The position numbers and the translations under genes are program-made. From a virus, in the IMG/VR virus record IMGVR_UViG_3300025141_016022: a stretch of DNA of 64,000 bases, one strand, 5' to 3'. Positions 21,059-30,684 of the stretch are shown one piece after another (position 1 is the first letter of the stretch; each line of letters opens with the position of its first letter). The notes under the pieces were generated by a model. It searched no databases, had not been told where the DNA came from, and saw only the letters and a list, made by a program, of their open reading frames with translations.

Positions 21059-22012
21059 ATGGATAAAGATTTTTATAACAAGTCTAGCTCCGATAGTTTA
21101 GGCTGGAAGCCTTCTTGGTTTGGATGCGAAGAATTTGACTTTAATTTAGTAAAAGCGGTCCAAAAATGGCAAAAAGCTCATGGATTAACCGGAGACGGTC
21201 TTGTTGGGCCAATGACATATAGAAGGATCTGGACAGAAAGGGAAGTCAGCATTTCAGACTATGAGCCTAGAAAAAACGATTATACTTCTTATGGCAATCA
21301 TCACATTGTTCACAATGGGAACTTTATCCCTATTGAATGGAATAAGGTTGTTCTATGGGATGAAAGAGATGGATTCAAGGCAAGCAAGGGATGCTATACT
21401 GATTATTCTGGAAAACCTGATCGTGAACCGACAATGTTCGTGAACCATTGGGATGTATGTCTTAGTGCTGAGTCTTGTGCGACAGTTTTGAATAGGCGTG
21501 GAATATCTGTCCATTTTCTTATAGACAATGATGGAACAATCTTTCAAATGCTAGATACGCAGCACAAGGCGTGGCATGCCGGAATCCCGAGGTATGAAGG
21601 TGGCAATACGAAGGGGATTGGGGTAGAGATTAGTAACGCGTATTATCCAAAGTACCAGGATTGGTATGTTCGAAAAGGCTTTGGTGAGCGACCACTTCAA
21701 GAACATGGCTATGTTCATGGAAAAACCCTGGACCCATTTTTAGATTTTTATCCTGTCCAGCTTGAAGCTTTAAAAGCGCTATGGAAAGCTATTCATATTG
21801 GTATTGGTATTCCGCTTGAGTATCCAAAGAATTCCAACGGGCATATCGAAACTAGCATCCACAAAGAATGCGAACGAGGAAAATTTCATGGAATATGTAA
21901 CCACTACAACTTTATCAAAACGAAAATTGATTGTGCTGGTCTTGATCTTCCTACTCTTTTAGATGAAGTAAAGAGAACACCGATGTATTGCCTGGATAAA
22001 AATAGTGAATGA
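21059..22012 (+). CDS. N-acetylmuramoyl-L-alanine amidase with peptidoglycan-binding domain (probable endolysin)
   Basis: AVQKWQKAHGLTGDGLVGPMT (PG-binding); VNHWD, SVHFLIDNDGTIFQ, AWHAG, IGVEI, HY...KIDC (Amidase_2). Confidence 0.88.
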   Translation: MDKDFYNKSSSDSLGWKPSWFGCEEFDFNLVKAVQKWQKAHGLTGDGLVGPMTYRRIWTEREVSISDYEPRKNDYTSYGNHHIVHNGNFIPIEWNKVVLWDERDGFKASKGCYTDYSGKPDREPTMFVNHWDVCLSAESCATVLNRRGISVHFLIDNDGTIFQMLDTQHKAWHAGIPRYEGGNTKGIGVEISNAYYPKYQDWYVRKGFGERPLQEHGYVHGKTLDPFLDFYPVQLEALKALWKAIHIGIGIPLEYPKNSNGHIETSIHKECERGKFHGICNHYNFIKTKIDCAGLDLPTLLDEVKRTPMYCLDKNSE

Positions 22013-22872
22013 TAAATAATATGAATCTATCACTAGAAAGAATTATAGGGGATACACCGCTAGTAAAGATCTCAGATAAAATATACGGAAAGCTAGAAAC
22101 ATACAGTCCATCTGGATCTGTAAAAGATAGAATGATTTCATATGTTGTCAAGAAATCAATCGACAGGGGTGAAATATCAGAAAATACTACACTTTGTGAT
22201 GCAACAAGCGGAAACACTGGGATAGCGCTAAGCATGATTGCTGCATCGCTTGGTTTAAAATGCGTTATTTTTATGCCATCTAACATGTCTGAAGAAAGAA
22301 AGAAAATGATGAAAATCTATGGTGCAAGAATTATAGACGCACCTGAAGATGATTTTGAAAGAGCGATTTCAATGAGGGATGAATTCATATCTGCGGGATC
22401 TAATATATGGTCACCCATGCAGTTTAGCAATCTTGAAAACATAGAATGCCATGAGACAATTACAGGTCCGGAAATTCAAAATCAGATAACAAGTCGAGGC
22501 CTAGCATGGTCAGCATTTATTCATGGCTCAGGGACGGGCGGAACAATTGAAGGAGTTCGTAGATTTTTAAAAAATACACCTACAGAAATACACATGGTTG
22601 TTCCAGATGAATCACCGCATGGAATACAAGGGATCGGTGATGGAAAAGATTTCCTAGCCAATCCAGAAGAAATGGATGGTATCATAGTAATAAAAACAGA
22701 AGATGCAATCATGCGAGCAAAAGACTTTGCAAGAGAAACTGGACTTCTAGTGGGTATCAGTTCTGGAGCTAATATACTTGCATCGGAAAAATATGTAGCT
22801 AATAACTCTCCTGATGGGTCAGTTGTTACAATTCTATGTGATCGTGGTGAGCGGTATATGTCAATCTATTAA
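22009..22872 (+). CDS. cysK: Cysteine synthase (PLP-dependent, CysK/CysM family)
   Basis: IGDTPLV, KLE..SPSGSVKDR, ATSGNTG, GSGTGGT, HGIQGIG, GISSGAN, DRGERY. Confidence 0.92.
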   Translation: MINNMNLSLERIIGDTPLVKISDKIYGKLETYSPSGSVKDRMISYVVKKSIDRGEISENTTLCDATSGNTGIALSMIAASLGLKCVIFMPSNMSEERKKMMKIYGARIIDAPEDDFERAISMRDEFISAGSNIWSPMQFSNLENIECHETITGPEIQNQITSRGLAWSAFIHGSGTGGTIEGVRRFLKNTPTEIHMVVPDESPHGIQGIGDGKDFLANPEEMDGIIVIKTEDAIMRAKDFARETGLLVGISSGANILASEKYVANNSPDGSVVTILCDRGERYMSIY

Positions 22873-22901
22873 TTGTAAAGATTAATATTTTTTTATATAA
22901 T
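22873..22901 (+). promoter_or_regulatory. Sigma70-type promoter TTGTAA-N17-TATAAT
   Basis: TTGTAA 22873-22878, TATAAT 22896-22901. Confidence 0.6.
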
Positions 22902-22927
22902 AATAAAAATTACTGTAGTGAGAATAG

Positions 22928-23866
22928 ATGAAAGATTTCATATTTAAAATTAACAAAGCTAGAATTGACAAAGTAGCTAATGAAATAGCAAGGGTAAATC
23001 CCCAGCTATCTGATATAAAAGGATGGGAGGATGATTGCTCTGTTGCTTTAAAGATTCAAGCAGCGATTCTTTTATCAAAAAAAGAAGATTTTGCAGATAT
23101 TGTAGAGAATGAAAAGGGAGCTATTAGTATATCTAAGGTTGTTCCCGTGAGATATTTCAATACAGCCGGTGATCATTGCTATTTTGTAAAATATAAAAGA
23201 TCTTTTATTCACATACCCAAGACTGGGGGTCGACATCTAATATACAAATATTTTGTATTTCAAGTTGGTGGCAACCACATGTTTGCAAAAACTAATAGTG
23301 AAAACTATGGTCAATATACAGAAGATTTTAAAAGATGCTTTACGATTGTAAGAAATCCATTTAGCTGGCTTTATAGCTACTGGGCACATATTTCAGAAGG
23401 CGGGGATCATACGGGTCATCACGGATGCCGACTCATTTCAAATAATAGTACATTTGAAAAATTTATTTTTAATGTCTGCAATCTAGAAAAAGATGAGTAC
23501 TGGTTTCCCTATAATAGTGGAATGACTTCTCAGATTTTTGACATTGATGAAAAAATATGTGTAAGCGATATAATATTTTTTGAAAAATATAGTGAAGGCA
23601 TTATGTCTCTCAATATTGAAGAAAAGTGCGAGCCTTTCTTGTCATTCGAATGTCAGGAAAAACATAGAAGATTTATTGAATTTAGGCAAAGCTCAGACGA
23701 ATATAAGAAACACTATACTGATGAAATGATTGATGCAGTTAGTAGAAAGTTTAAGTTTGACTTAGATTTCTTAGGGTATGACTTTAACGGATTAGTTCAC
23801 AAAAAGTCATCAATTCATATTCCCAAGAAAGTGTTCAAAAGTGAACTATCAAATATTTGGAAATAG
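22928..23866 (+). CDS. Sulfotransferase-family protein
   Basis: FIHIPKTGG, FTIVRNPFSWLYSYW, YKKHY...DLDFLGYDF. Confidence 0.8.
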   Translation: MKDFIFKINKARIDKVANEIARVNPQLSDIKGWEDDCSVALKIQAAILLSKKEDFADIVENEKGAISISKVVPVRYFNTAGDHCYFVKYKRSFIHIPKTGGRHLIYKYFVFQVGGNHMFAKTNSENYGQYTEDFKRCFTIVRNPFSWLYSYWAHISEGGDHTGHHGCRLISNNSTFEKFIFNVCNLEKDEYWFPYNSGMTSQIFDIDEKICVSDIIFFEKYSEGIMSLNIEEKCEPFLSFECQEKHRRFIEFRQSSDEYKKHYTDEMIDAVSRKFKFDLDFLGYDFNGLVHKKSSIHIPKKVFKSELSNIWK

Positions 23867-23954
23867 TATAAAGTGTTGATCCCGCAAAGATCACCTTATA
23901 ATCTAATTCAAGAGAAGTTGTATATTTATGATATATAAATGATGGTGGAGCAGT

Positions 23955-24743
23955 ATGACAAACTATGCTAAGAAAAACGCGTCTTTAATTTTTGAACATA
24001 TTAGGATCGATGAGGCTGAGGCAGAAGATGTAGATGTAGTAGGCTTTGAAATCAATGAAACGTTAGATTCTGATATATGGTCTGAAAGTGAAAAGATGAA
24101 ACCTGAGGTTAGAGAGAAACTTCTTGCTGTCTCTGAAGACTTTATAGCTGGGCTTCCATTCGATGTTGACGCTGAAGATATTAAACTAACTGGATCTCTT
24201 GCGACATATAACTGGTCAAGATTTTCCGATGTTGATCTTCATATTGTAGTTGATTTTACTACTGTTGATGATGATGAACAGCTAGTAAAAGATTATTTTA
24301 ATTCCAAGAAGACTGTGTGGAACTTAAAGCATGAAATTTATATACGAGGATATGAAGTTGAAATATACGTTGAAAATATAAATGATAAACACACAGCACA
24401 AGGCATGTATTCAATTCTTCACGATGAGTGGATAAAGAAACCAAAAAGAGAATTTTTTGAGATAGATGAGGAAGAAGTTAGGAAAAAGGCAGCATCAATA
24501 ATGTCGCAGATAGAGTATATCGAAGAAGTCTCAAGCGATGAGCCAGCAGAAGCAGAAAAACTAGCAGAAAGAACAAAAGAAAAAATTAGAAAGATGAGAC
24601 AGGCAGGTCTTGATTCAGAGAAGGGAATCTATTCAGTTAAAAATGTTGCTTTTAAAGTCCTAAGAAGAAACGGATATCTTGAGAGGCTAAGTAATATAAA
24701 GACTCAGTCATATGACAGGGTAATGTCTCTAGCAGACCTATAA
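23955..24743 (+). CDS. Pol-beta-superfamily nucleotidyltransferase-like protein
   Basis: LTGSLATYNW...SDVDLHI and VEIYVE. Confidence 0.7.
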   Translation: MTNYAKKNASLIFEHIRIDEAEAEDVDVVGFEINETLDSDIWSESEKMKPEVREKLLAVSEDFIAGLPFDVDAEDIKLTGSLATYNWSRFSDVDLHIVVDFTTVDDDEQLVKDYFNSKKTVWNLKHEIYIRGYEVEIYVENINDKHTAQGMYSILHDEWIKKPKREFFEIDEEEVRKKAASIMSQIEYIEEVSSDEPAEAEKLAERTKEKIRKMRQAGLDSEKGIYSVKNVAFKVLRRNGYLERLSNIKTQSYDRVMSLADL

Positions 24744-24751
24744 TTAGATAC

Positions 24752-25387
24752 ATGATTATTACAGAGAAAAGGATAAGAGAAATTGTTCTCGAAGAAATTA
24801 TAAGAGAGCAAGAAGAAGTCAATCAAGATTGTCCAATTCCATTTCTTGCTGCCATATTAGCCTCTGAAGCTCCCAATAGTGAAAGAGAGATGAGTGCCGT
24901 ATATGATGTTATTATGAAACGAGCAGAAATAGGCTTTAAAGAAGTAAATACGGTCGATGGACAATTAAGAGTTCCCAGGCAATTCTCTGGATATACAAGA
25001 TTTAGACCAGACGATACTGCATTTATTGCATACTATAGTGGTACTGCTCCAGATTCTGAATATTCAGTTTCAGCAGATAGAGTAGAAACAGAGAAGCTTA
25101 TAAGAAGAAATCAATTTAAAAGAGCATGTGGTGTAATAGTCTCAGATTTTCAAGATCCCGGTAACCCAGATGCACCTACATATGGAGCAACTCATTTTGT
25201 AAATCCAAGAGCAGCATCGACAGATAACAAGTGGTGGGAACTAGATACGTTTAGACCGATTCCGATTAATAATGGATATATAGGTGATCATCTTTTTGGG
25301 TGGGACTTGACAACAAGACAGTCAAGAGAATCATATTTACAGTTTAGATCTAGCCATCCAGAATTTAGCAGTCTCTATCCGGATTAA
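24752..25387 (+). CDS. SleB-like cell-wall hydrolase with shared leader (MIITEKRIREIVLEE)
   Basis: ILASEA..AVYDVIMKR, RQFSGY, GATHFVNP, IGDHLF. Confidence 0.7.
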   Translation: MIITEKRIREIVLEEIIREQEEVNQDCPIPFLAAILASEAPNSEREMSAVYDVIMKRAEIGFKEVNTVDGQLRVPRQFSGYTRFRPDDTAFIAYYSGTAPDSEYSVSADRVETEKLIRRNQFKRACGVIVSDFQDPGNPDAPTYGATHFVNPRAASTDNKWWELDTFRPIPINNGYIGDHLFGWDLTTRQSRESYLQFRSSHPEFSSLYPD

Positions 25388-25390
25388 GCT

Positions 25391-26050
25391 TTAATCTTCA
25401 AATTTTCTCAGCCTGGCAACACCATCTGTCACAGTAACATACGTCTGGTGTGTAACCCAGTCGCCTGCATTGATATATGTTTTAATATTCTGATCTTCGT
25501 CAACCCATATTAAAGCTTCTGGTATGTGTGTATGACCCATAATAAACACATCAACTTTGGGATGGTGTCTAAGAATATTTATAATTGATCTTAGCTTGTG
25601 CTTCTTAATTTGAATTTCCGTCCACCATGTTGTAAAGTCAAAGTTAAAAGTGAATTCAAGTATATTTTGAATAACAGATAGAAATTTAACAAATACTCTA
25701 TTTGCAAGAGCACCCTTGTCGTAAGAATCGCCGTGTTCAACTCTAAACACTCGGCCTTCATCTTCAAAGTCATACCTTTTAACAAATTCAACACCCATTA
25801 TTTTTTTACCAACAACTCCCATTAAACCTTCGTCATGATTTCCAACTACATAGATAATTCTTTTTGCATCACCCATTTTTTCAAGTATCTGAAGACATCT
25901 TTCTGTAAAGACAGGTATCTTTATAAAATCTATAATATCACCAGCGAGAACAAGCTCATCACAATCCTCAGACTCTAAAAATGATAAAAGCTCGAGAGAC
26001 TTATAGAACCTAGTCCCAATATGTGTATCAGATATAATAACTCTTTTCAT
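25391..26050 (-). CDS. Calcineurin-like metallophosphoesterase (LpxH-like)
   Basis: ISDTHIG, AGDIID, GNHD, HGD, GHTH, NAGDW. Confidence 0.85.
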   Translation of the reverse strand: MKRVIISDTHIGTRFYKSLELLSFLESEDCDELVLAGDIIDFIKIPVFTERCLQILEKMGDAKRIIYVVGNHDEGLMGVVGKKIMGVEFVKRYDFEDEGRVFRVEHGDSYDKGALANRVFVKFLSVIQNILEFTFNFDFTTWWTEIQIKKHKLRSIINILRHHPKVDVFIMGHTHIPEALIWVDEDQNIKTYINAGDWVTHQTYVTVTDGVARLRKFED

Positions 26051-26143
26051 TGAACAGTTTGCTAACCTTATATTAATATTATATACAGAACTACAAGGTG
26101 TACTATACTTGTGTTACTGAAGTTTAAAAATAAAGGAAAAAAA

Positions 26144-26386
26144 ATGACAGATACAAAAAACACATCAATGGCTTTTAGCGATGAGGTAATTGGACAAATT
26201 GCAAAACTAGTCCAACTAGCAATTATTACAGGGACAGATATTGTTGATAATTTAAGGATGATGCGTGTAACTCTTGATGGAGAAACTGATGTTCTTACAC
26301 TAACTGAAGAATATCGTGAAATATCAGAGGCTCAGGTTGAAAAGCTTATGCAAGAAGTAGAGGCACTTCAATCAGAAGAGGTGTAA
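26144..26386 (+). CDS. Hypothetical protein
   Basis: ATG at 26144 behind AAGGA preferred over GTG 26111. Confidence 0.7.
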   Translation: MTDTKNTSMAFSDEVIGQIAKLVQLAIITGTDIVDNLRMMRVTLDGETDVLTLTEEYREISEAQVEKLMQEVEALQSEEV

Positions 26387-26389
26387 GCT

Positions 26390-26761
26390 ATGGAAGATAG
26401 ACTCTTAGAAATATTTAGGAGAAGAGAATCTTTTATGAAGAGCCTTGGTGATTCTTCCGGAGAATCTATGAACTGGCCACTTGATTTATCAAAAAAAGAA
26501 AATCAGCAACATGTCAGGGATATGGCACTAAGAGGTGTCGAAGAGATGTTTGAAGCACTTCAGCATTTAAAAAACTGGAAACCTCATCGGAAAACAGAAA
26601 TAACTGAATTTGATAGAGAAGAATTTCTTGAAGAGATTGTAGATGCATTTAATTATTTTCTATCGATTCTTGTCCTTACAGGATTTGATGATAATGATTT
26701 AATTGATGCATACAGAAGAAAAGACAAGATTATAAATGAAAGATTGAGGACTGGATATTGA
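26390..26761 (+). CDS. All-alpha NTP pyrophosphatase (dimeric dUTPase/dCTPase/MazG-like)
   Basis: EEMFEALQHLKNWKPH...EEIVDAFNYFL...YRRKDKIINER. Confidence 0.8.
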   Translation: MEDRLLEIFRRRESFMKSLGDSSGESMNWPLDLSKKENQQHVRDMALRGVEEMFEALQHLKNWKPHRKTEITEFDREEFLEEIVDAFNYFLSILVLTGFDDNDLIDAYRRKDKIINERLRTGY

Positions 26762-27669
26762 AAGTTAAAAAGCTATTTGAAGATCAGAATTATTTTTCAA
26801 AGATGATAGGTACTGTGTGTAACACATCAGAAGATCTTGATAACTTTACAAAAACCCTATCTCTTGCACTTCATAAAGAAGTAAGTGATCTTGTATCTGC
26901 TACTAACTATAGATCTCACACTGATGATAGTATGGTTCCAGATGCAGACAAGATACTTTTTGAATCAGTAGATGTAATTAGATATGCAGTAGCTATAATG
27001 AATGCGTGGAGCATAACTCCTGAAAAATTTCAAAAAGCATGGATACTAAAGGACAAGTATCTTTCACTTTCAAGAAAGATTGAAGGAAATACTTGGAAAG
27101 GGGAAAAAGTTGCAATTGTTGATATGGACGATGTTCTTTGTGAGTTTAGAGTAGGATTTTCAAATTGGCTAAATAAAAACTACAGCGTTATAACTGATGT
27201 AGAATCAAAAGAGTATTATTTTATTAATGCTCTTGAAAAAGCAGGTATAAACCCAGAGGGAATATTTTTAAAATTTGTATCTGAAGATGGATTCTCATCT
27301 TTAAAGCCAGCATCCGGTGCAATAGATTTTATTAAATCTCTTCAGGAGAAAGGTTATTTTATTCATATATTGACTGCAAGGCCAGGAGATAATCTAAGAT
27401 GTCTTTATAATACACTTGACTGGCTTGACTCAAACAATGTCTGCTTTGACAAGGTTAGCTTCTCATCAGAAAAACTGAGATGGTGCATGCAATCAGAATA
27501 CTGGTCATCAGGTGCAATAGAGTTTGCAATAGATGATTCACCTAAACATGCAGCAGAATATGCAAAACATGATATAAGAGTTCTTTTGCCAAGAAAGACT
27601 TATAATACAGAGGTTCAAAGTCTTTCAAATGTAATTGTCTATGATTCTTTCCTAGATATTGATATTTAA
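26758..27669 (+). CDS. Fusion of a dUTPase/MazG-like domain and a HAD 5'(3')-deoxyribonucleotidase
   Basis: N-terminal KEVSDL...FESVDVIRY; C-terminal DMDDVL, ILTAR, IDDSP. Confidence 0.72.
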   Translation: MKVKKLFEDQNYFSKMIGTVCNTSEDLDNFTKTLSLALHKEVSDLVSATNYRSHTDDSMVPDADKILFESVDVIRYAVAIMNAWSITPEKFQKAWILKDKYLSLSRKIEGNTWKGEKVAIVDMDDVLCEFRVGFSNWLNKNYSVITDVESKEYYFINALEKAGINPEGIFLKFVSEDGFSSLKPASGAIDFIKSLQEKGYFIHILTARPGDNLRCLYNTLDWLDSNNVCFDKVSFSSEKLRWCMQSEYWSSGAIEFAIDDSPKHAAEYAKHDIRVLLPRKTYNTEVQSLSNVIVYDSFLDIDI

Positions 27670-27768
27670 TTTATCCAATGATTAAGAATTTTCTGCAGCA
27701 GTTGAATAATTAAACATGTTAACTGCTATAATTGTAGAAATAAATTTATTAACGAAATAGAGGAAAAG

Positions 27769-28701
27769 ATGAAGCTAACTCAAAAATCTTTAAAGAAAAT
27801 TATTCTTAGCGAGCTTAGAAGGTCCATATCAGAACAAGCACGAGATGCGGGTGACGTCCCCGGGGGCCAGGCACCAGCACGAGGCACCCAAGCCTATGCT
27901 GACAGCCAGAGAGAAATATGGGGTGTCTCTGATGAAGATCTCGAAAGAGAGCGCATCCAGAAACAGGCAGACGAGCGAGGAATATCTTTTGAAGAAATGG
28001 AGGCTATTCTTGCTCATATGGATTCCCCAGAGTACCGCAGAGAACAATACCTAAGACAGCAAGAACAGGCACGTGCCCATGCACGGGATGAAGGAAACTG
28101 GCCTGAGCCAAGGACTGGCAATATGTATGAAATCATTGGTGATCCACACAGCGTTGATATTCAAAACGGATTGAAGTGGTTGTGGCTTGGTGCAGTCCGG
28201 GACTCTAAGGTTTTGGAAGGTGTTGCTAAACAGTTCACCCCTAGAGTTCCAGCTGAGGGTGAGTACTTGGCAGGTTTTTCTTCTCCGATGTGGGCATTGG
28301 TTGATCACAGGGACGAAAATGGTGTATATACACAGCTTGTCACTCAGCCCGTGGGTGAGAGGCGAAGAGGCGCAGAGATATGCAGAATCACCGTCGAATA
28401 CATTATGAAAGTATCGGGCGATCAAGTAGATTGTGAAATGGCATGGAACAGTGATATGGTTAGACCAGGTAGCCAGCTTGCGCGAATGATGGACGCAGCA
28501 GTTCAGGCAGTAAATGGTTCATCAGCTTCTTTCCCTGCATCGCTAAAATTCTTTCCTGATGGACGAACTGAGGGAGCAAACGCAGAAGTTCCAGCCTCAG
28601 AAGACGAAGTACCGGTTGCAATTCTTGAATTCACAGGAGGCGAGGTTGTGGCGCTGGTCAACATGGACTTCGGTTTTCGCGTTAGCCCATATGCTCGATA
28701 A
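27769..28701 (+). CDS. Hypothetical protein with shared leader (MKLTQKSLKKIILSEL)
   Basis: GAGGA SD; leader motif; cargo not recognised. Confidence 0.75.
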   Translation: MKLTQKSLKKIILSELRRSISEQARDAGDVPGGQAPARGTQAYADSQREIWGVSDEDLERERIQKQADERGISFEEMEAILAHMDSPEYRREQYLRQQEQARAHARDEGNWPEPRTGNMYEIIGDPHSVDIQNGLKWLWLGAVRDSKVLEGVAKQFTPRVPAEGEYLAGFSSPMWALVDHRDENGVYTQLVTQPVGERRRGAEICRITVEYIMKVSGDQVDCEMAWNSDMVRPGSQLARMMDAAVQAVNGSSASFPASLKFFPDGRTEGANAEVPASEDEVPVAILEFTGGEVVALVNMDFGFRVSPYAR

Positions 28702-28813
28702 TAGACTGACAAATTATGAACACTTCGCATTGTTTTTTTCATAGTTGAGTTTTTTTATATTGTAAACTTTAATTTCTTGCTGTATTGTATAAATGTAAAG
28801 CACAGGAGGAAAT

Positions 28814-29242
28814 ATGTTTCGTTTTACCCTACTCACGCCCCTACTTTTTTCACTCTCAGCATACGGAGATATTCCACCAGATAATATTCGCATTGAATCT
28901 ACTCTGGTTGGAAATGCTCCTATAGAGATTCCTGAGAGTGATTGCTCTTCTCCCATTTCAAACTCTATTGTTAAGTTTTTAGATACGGGATCAATGTGCA
29001 TTGAAGGTGTTCGTGCCCATATTGATGGAAGAGGTTGTAATACAATTTTCTGGGAAAGGGGTTCTGATAATGAATATATCTTCTTTTGCAAGACAAGAGA
29101 TACATGTGATATTACTCATGTAGGAAGATTTATTGCATACCCGACTTCACTTCCCGCACCTGAGATTTATTCTAGAAATCCTGCTATTTGCGAAGATTCA
29201 AATTATATTATTTTTCATGAACAAAATAATGTTAGTGAATAA
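28814..29242 (+). CDS. Hypothetical secreted Cys-containing protein
   Basis: AGGAGG SD; signal-peptide-like N-terminus MFRFTLLTPLLFSLSAYG. Confidence 0.65.
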   Translation: MFRFTLLTPLLFSLSAYGDIPPDNIRIESTLVGNAPIEIPESDCSSPISNSIVKFLDTGSMCIEGVRAHIDGRGCNTIFWERGSDNEYIFFCKTRDTCDITHVGRFIAYPTSLPAPEIYSRNPAICEDSNYIIFHEQNNVSE

Positions 29243-29272
29243 AATTAACTAGCGTTAAATATAGGAATACAG

Positions 29273-30259
29273 ATGCCAAAAAATAAAAACTTAGAACCAG
29301 TTACTTTTCCAATGAAGATTAGATTTGACGAGGATCCGAGCACTGAGTTTAAGAATGATCTTGAATCAATTAATATTTCACTACTAGACCATCCCGACCC
29401 GCTTAGGGCAAGAAGGATGGTGTACCAATTTATTAATGCAACATGGGAAGATGAGCCCGGTCTTCACAATCCAGACGATGTAGATGACTGGAAGCTTTTT
29501 CAAGCACTAGAAGCTGCGCTTCAGTTCAAAGCTTTGCCTACAGTCTTGGAGACGCTTGATTTTACATTTAGAATTGAAGGAATCGATGTCCAGACAGTTA
29601 CACATTTAATTCGGCATAGAACAGGATCTTTCTCTGCTCAGTGTACAGGAGACAGGTGGCAATCTCATGCAAATGCATTAGTTCCCGGTCCCATTCAGAA
29701 TAGTCCTGAGATTTATGAAAGATGGAAAAGTCTAGTTGTTGAGTCAAAGAAGCTTTATTGTGACATGATTGATACAAGGAAGATTTCGATTATGGATGCA
29801 CGAACAATTCTTCCAAAGTGTCTCGAGACACATTATTACGCACGCTTTAATATGAAAGATCTTCTAAACTTTATTAGACAAAGAATGGATAAGCAAATTC
29901 AGCCAACAACTGACAATATTATTGCATATCAGATGTACTTAGCCGTTGCAAGAATATTTCCAGAAGTTACAACAGTCGTGAATATGCACTCACCTTCGAG
30001 ACATTATGTTGCTACTGCAAGAACCGGAAAGGCAACAAATCTTTATTTTCCAGATAAAGATTCTGATTCGTTTGACTGGCACCCTAATGACTTTATCTAC
30101 TCAGCATATCGCGATGAAGTAAATGGTACAGACCCAGATCTCGGCGGAAGAGAAAACTTTAAATTTTCAGAATTGGCATCAATGTACGATAGACAGGTCA
30201 ATGACCTTGTAGAAAAGTACAATGAGTGGAAAGAAACTGTCGGATTTGAATCACCATAG
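29273..30259 (+). CDS. thyX: Flavin-dependent thymidylate synthase-like protein (divergent ThyX)
   Basis: VLETLDFTFRIEGI, HLIRHRTGSFSAQC, DARTILP, NMKDLLNFIRQR. Confidence 0.78.
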   Translation: MPKNKNLEPVTFPMKIRFDEDPSTEFKNDLESINISLLDHPDPLRARRMVYQFINATWEDEPGLHNPDDVDDWKLFQALEAALQFKALPTVLETLDFTFRIEGIDVQTVTHLIRHRTGSFSAQCTGDRWQSHANALVPGPIQNSPEIYERWKSLVVESKKLYCDMIDTRKISIMDARTILPKCLETHYYARFNMKDLLNFIRQRMDKQIQPTTDNIIAYQMYLAVARIFPEVTTVVNMHSPSRHYVATARTGKATNLYFPDKDSDSFDWHPNDFIYSAYRDEVNGTDPDLGGRENFKFSELASMYDRQVNDLVEKYNEWKETVGFESP

Positions 30260-30267
30260 GCGAAAAA

Positions 30268-30684
30268 ATGTCTTTTTCAGATTCATTTAGCATGATTGAA
30301 TCATGGCTTTTTGAAAAGGATTATGAAGTCTTGTACGAGACTGATGGTCAAGATGCTGTTTATTTTGGCTGTAAGCAAATTATTCTTAACAGTAGAAACC
30401 ATATTGAAAAGAGACTATATATACTTTTGCACGAATGTGGTCACATACTAATAAATAGCAACTCTTTCGACAGGGTATTTTCCCTTAGCAGCGAAACAGA
30501 AGCTATAATGGGCGGTAGAAAAGTTTCTAGAAAAAGAAGAGTTGCAAAGCTAACAGAGGAAATTGAAGCCTGGAAACGAGGTGAGAATCTTGCAAGAAGG
30601 CTTGGGATAGAAATAAATGAAGAAAAGTTTGATAGAATACGTGCGAATGCTATTATGAGCTATATCGAATGGGCAAGAGATTAG
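30268..30684 (+). CDS. Small zincin-like (HExxH) protein, ImmA/IrrE-like
   Basis: LLHECGH followed by EEIEAW. Confidence 0.6.
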   Translation: MSFSDSFSMIESWLFEKDYEVLYETDGQDAVYFGCKQIILNSRNHIEKRLYILLHECGHILINSNSFDRVFSLSSETEAIMGGRKVSRKRRVAKLTEEIEAWKRGENLARRLGIEINEEKFDRIRANAIMSYIEWARD

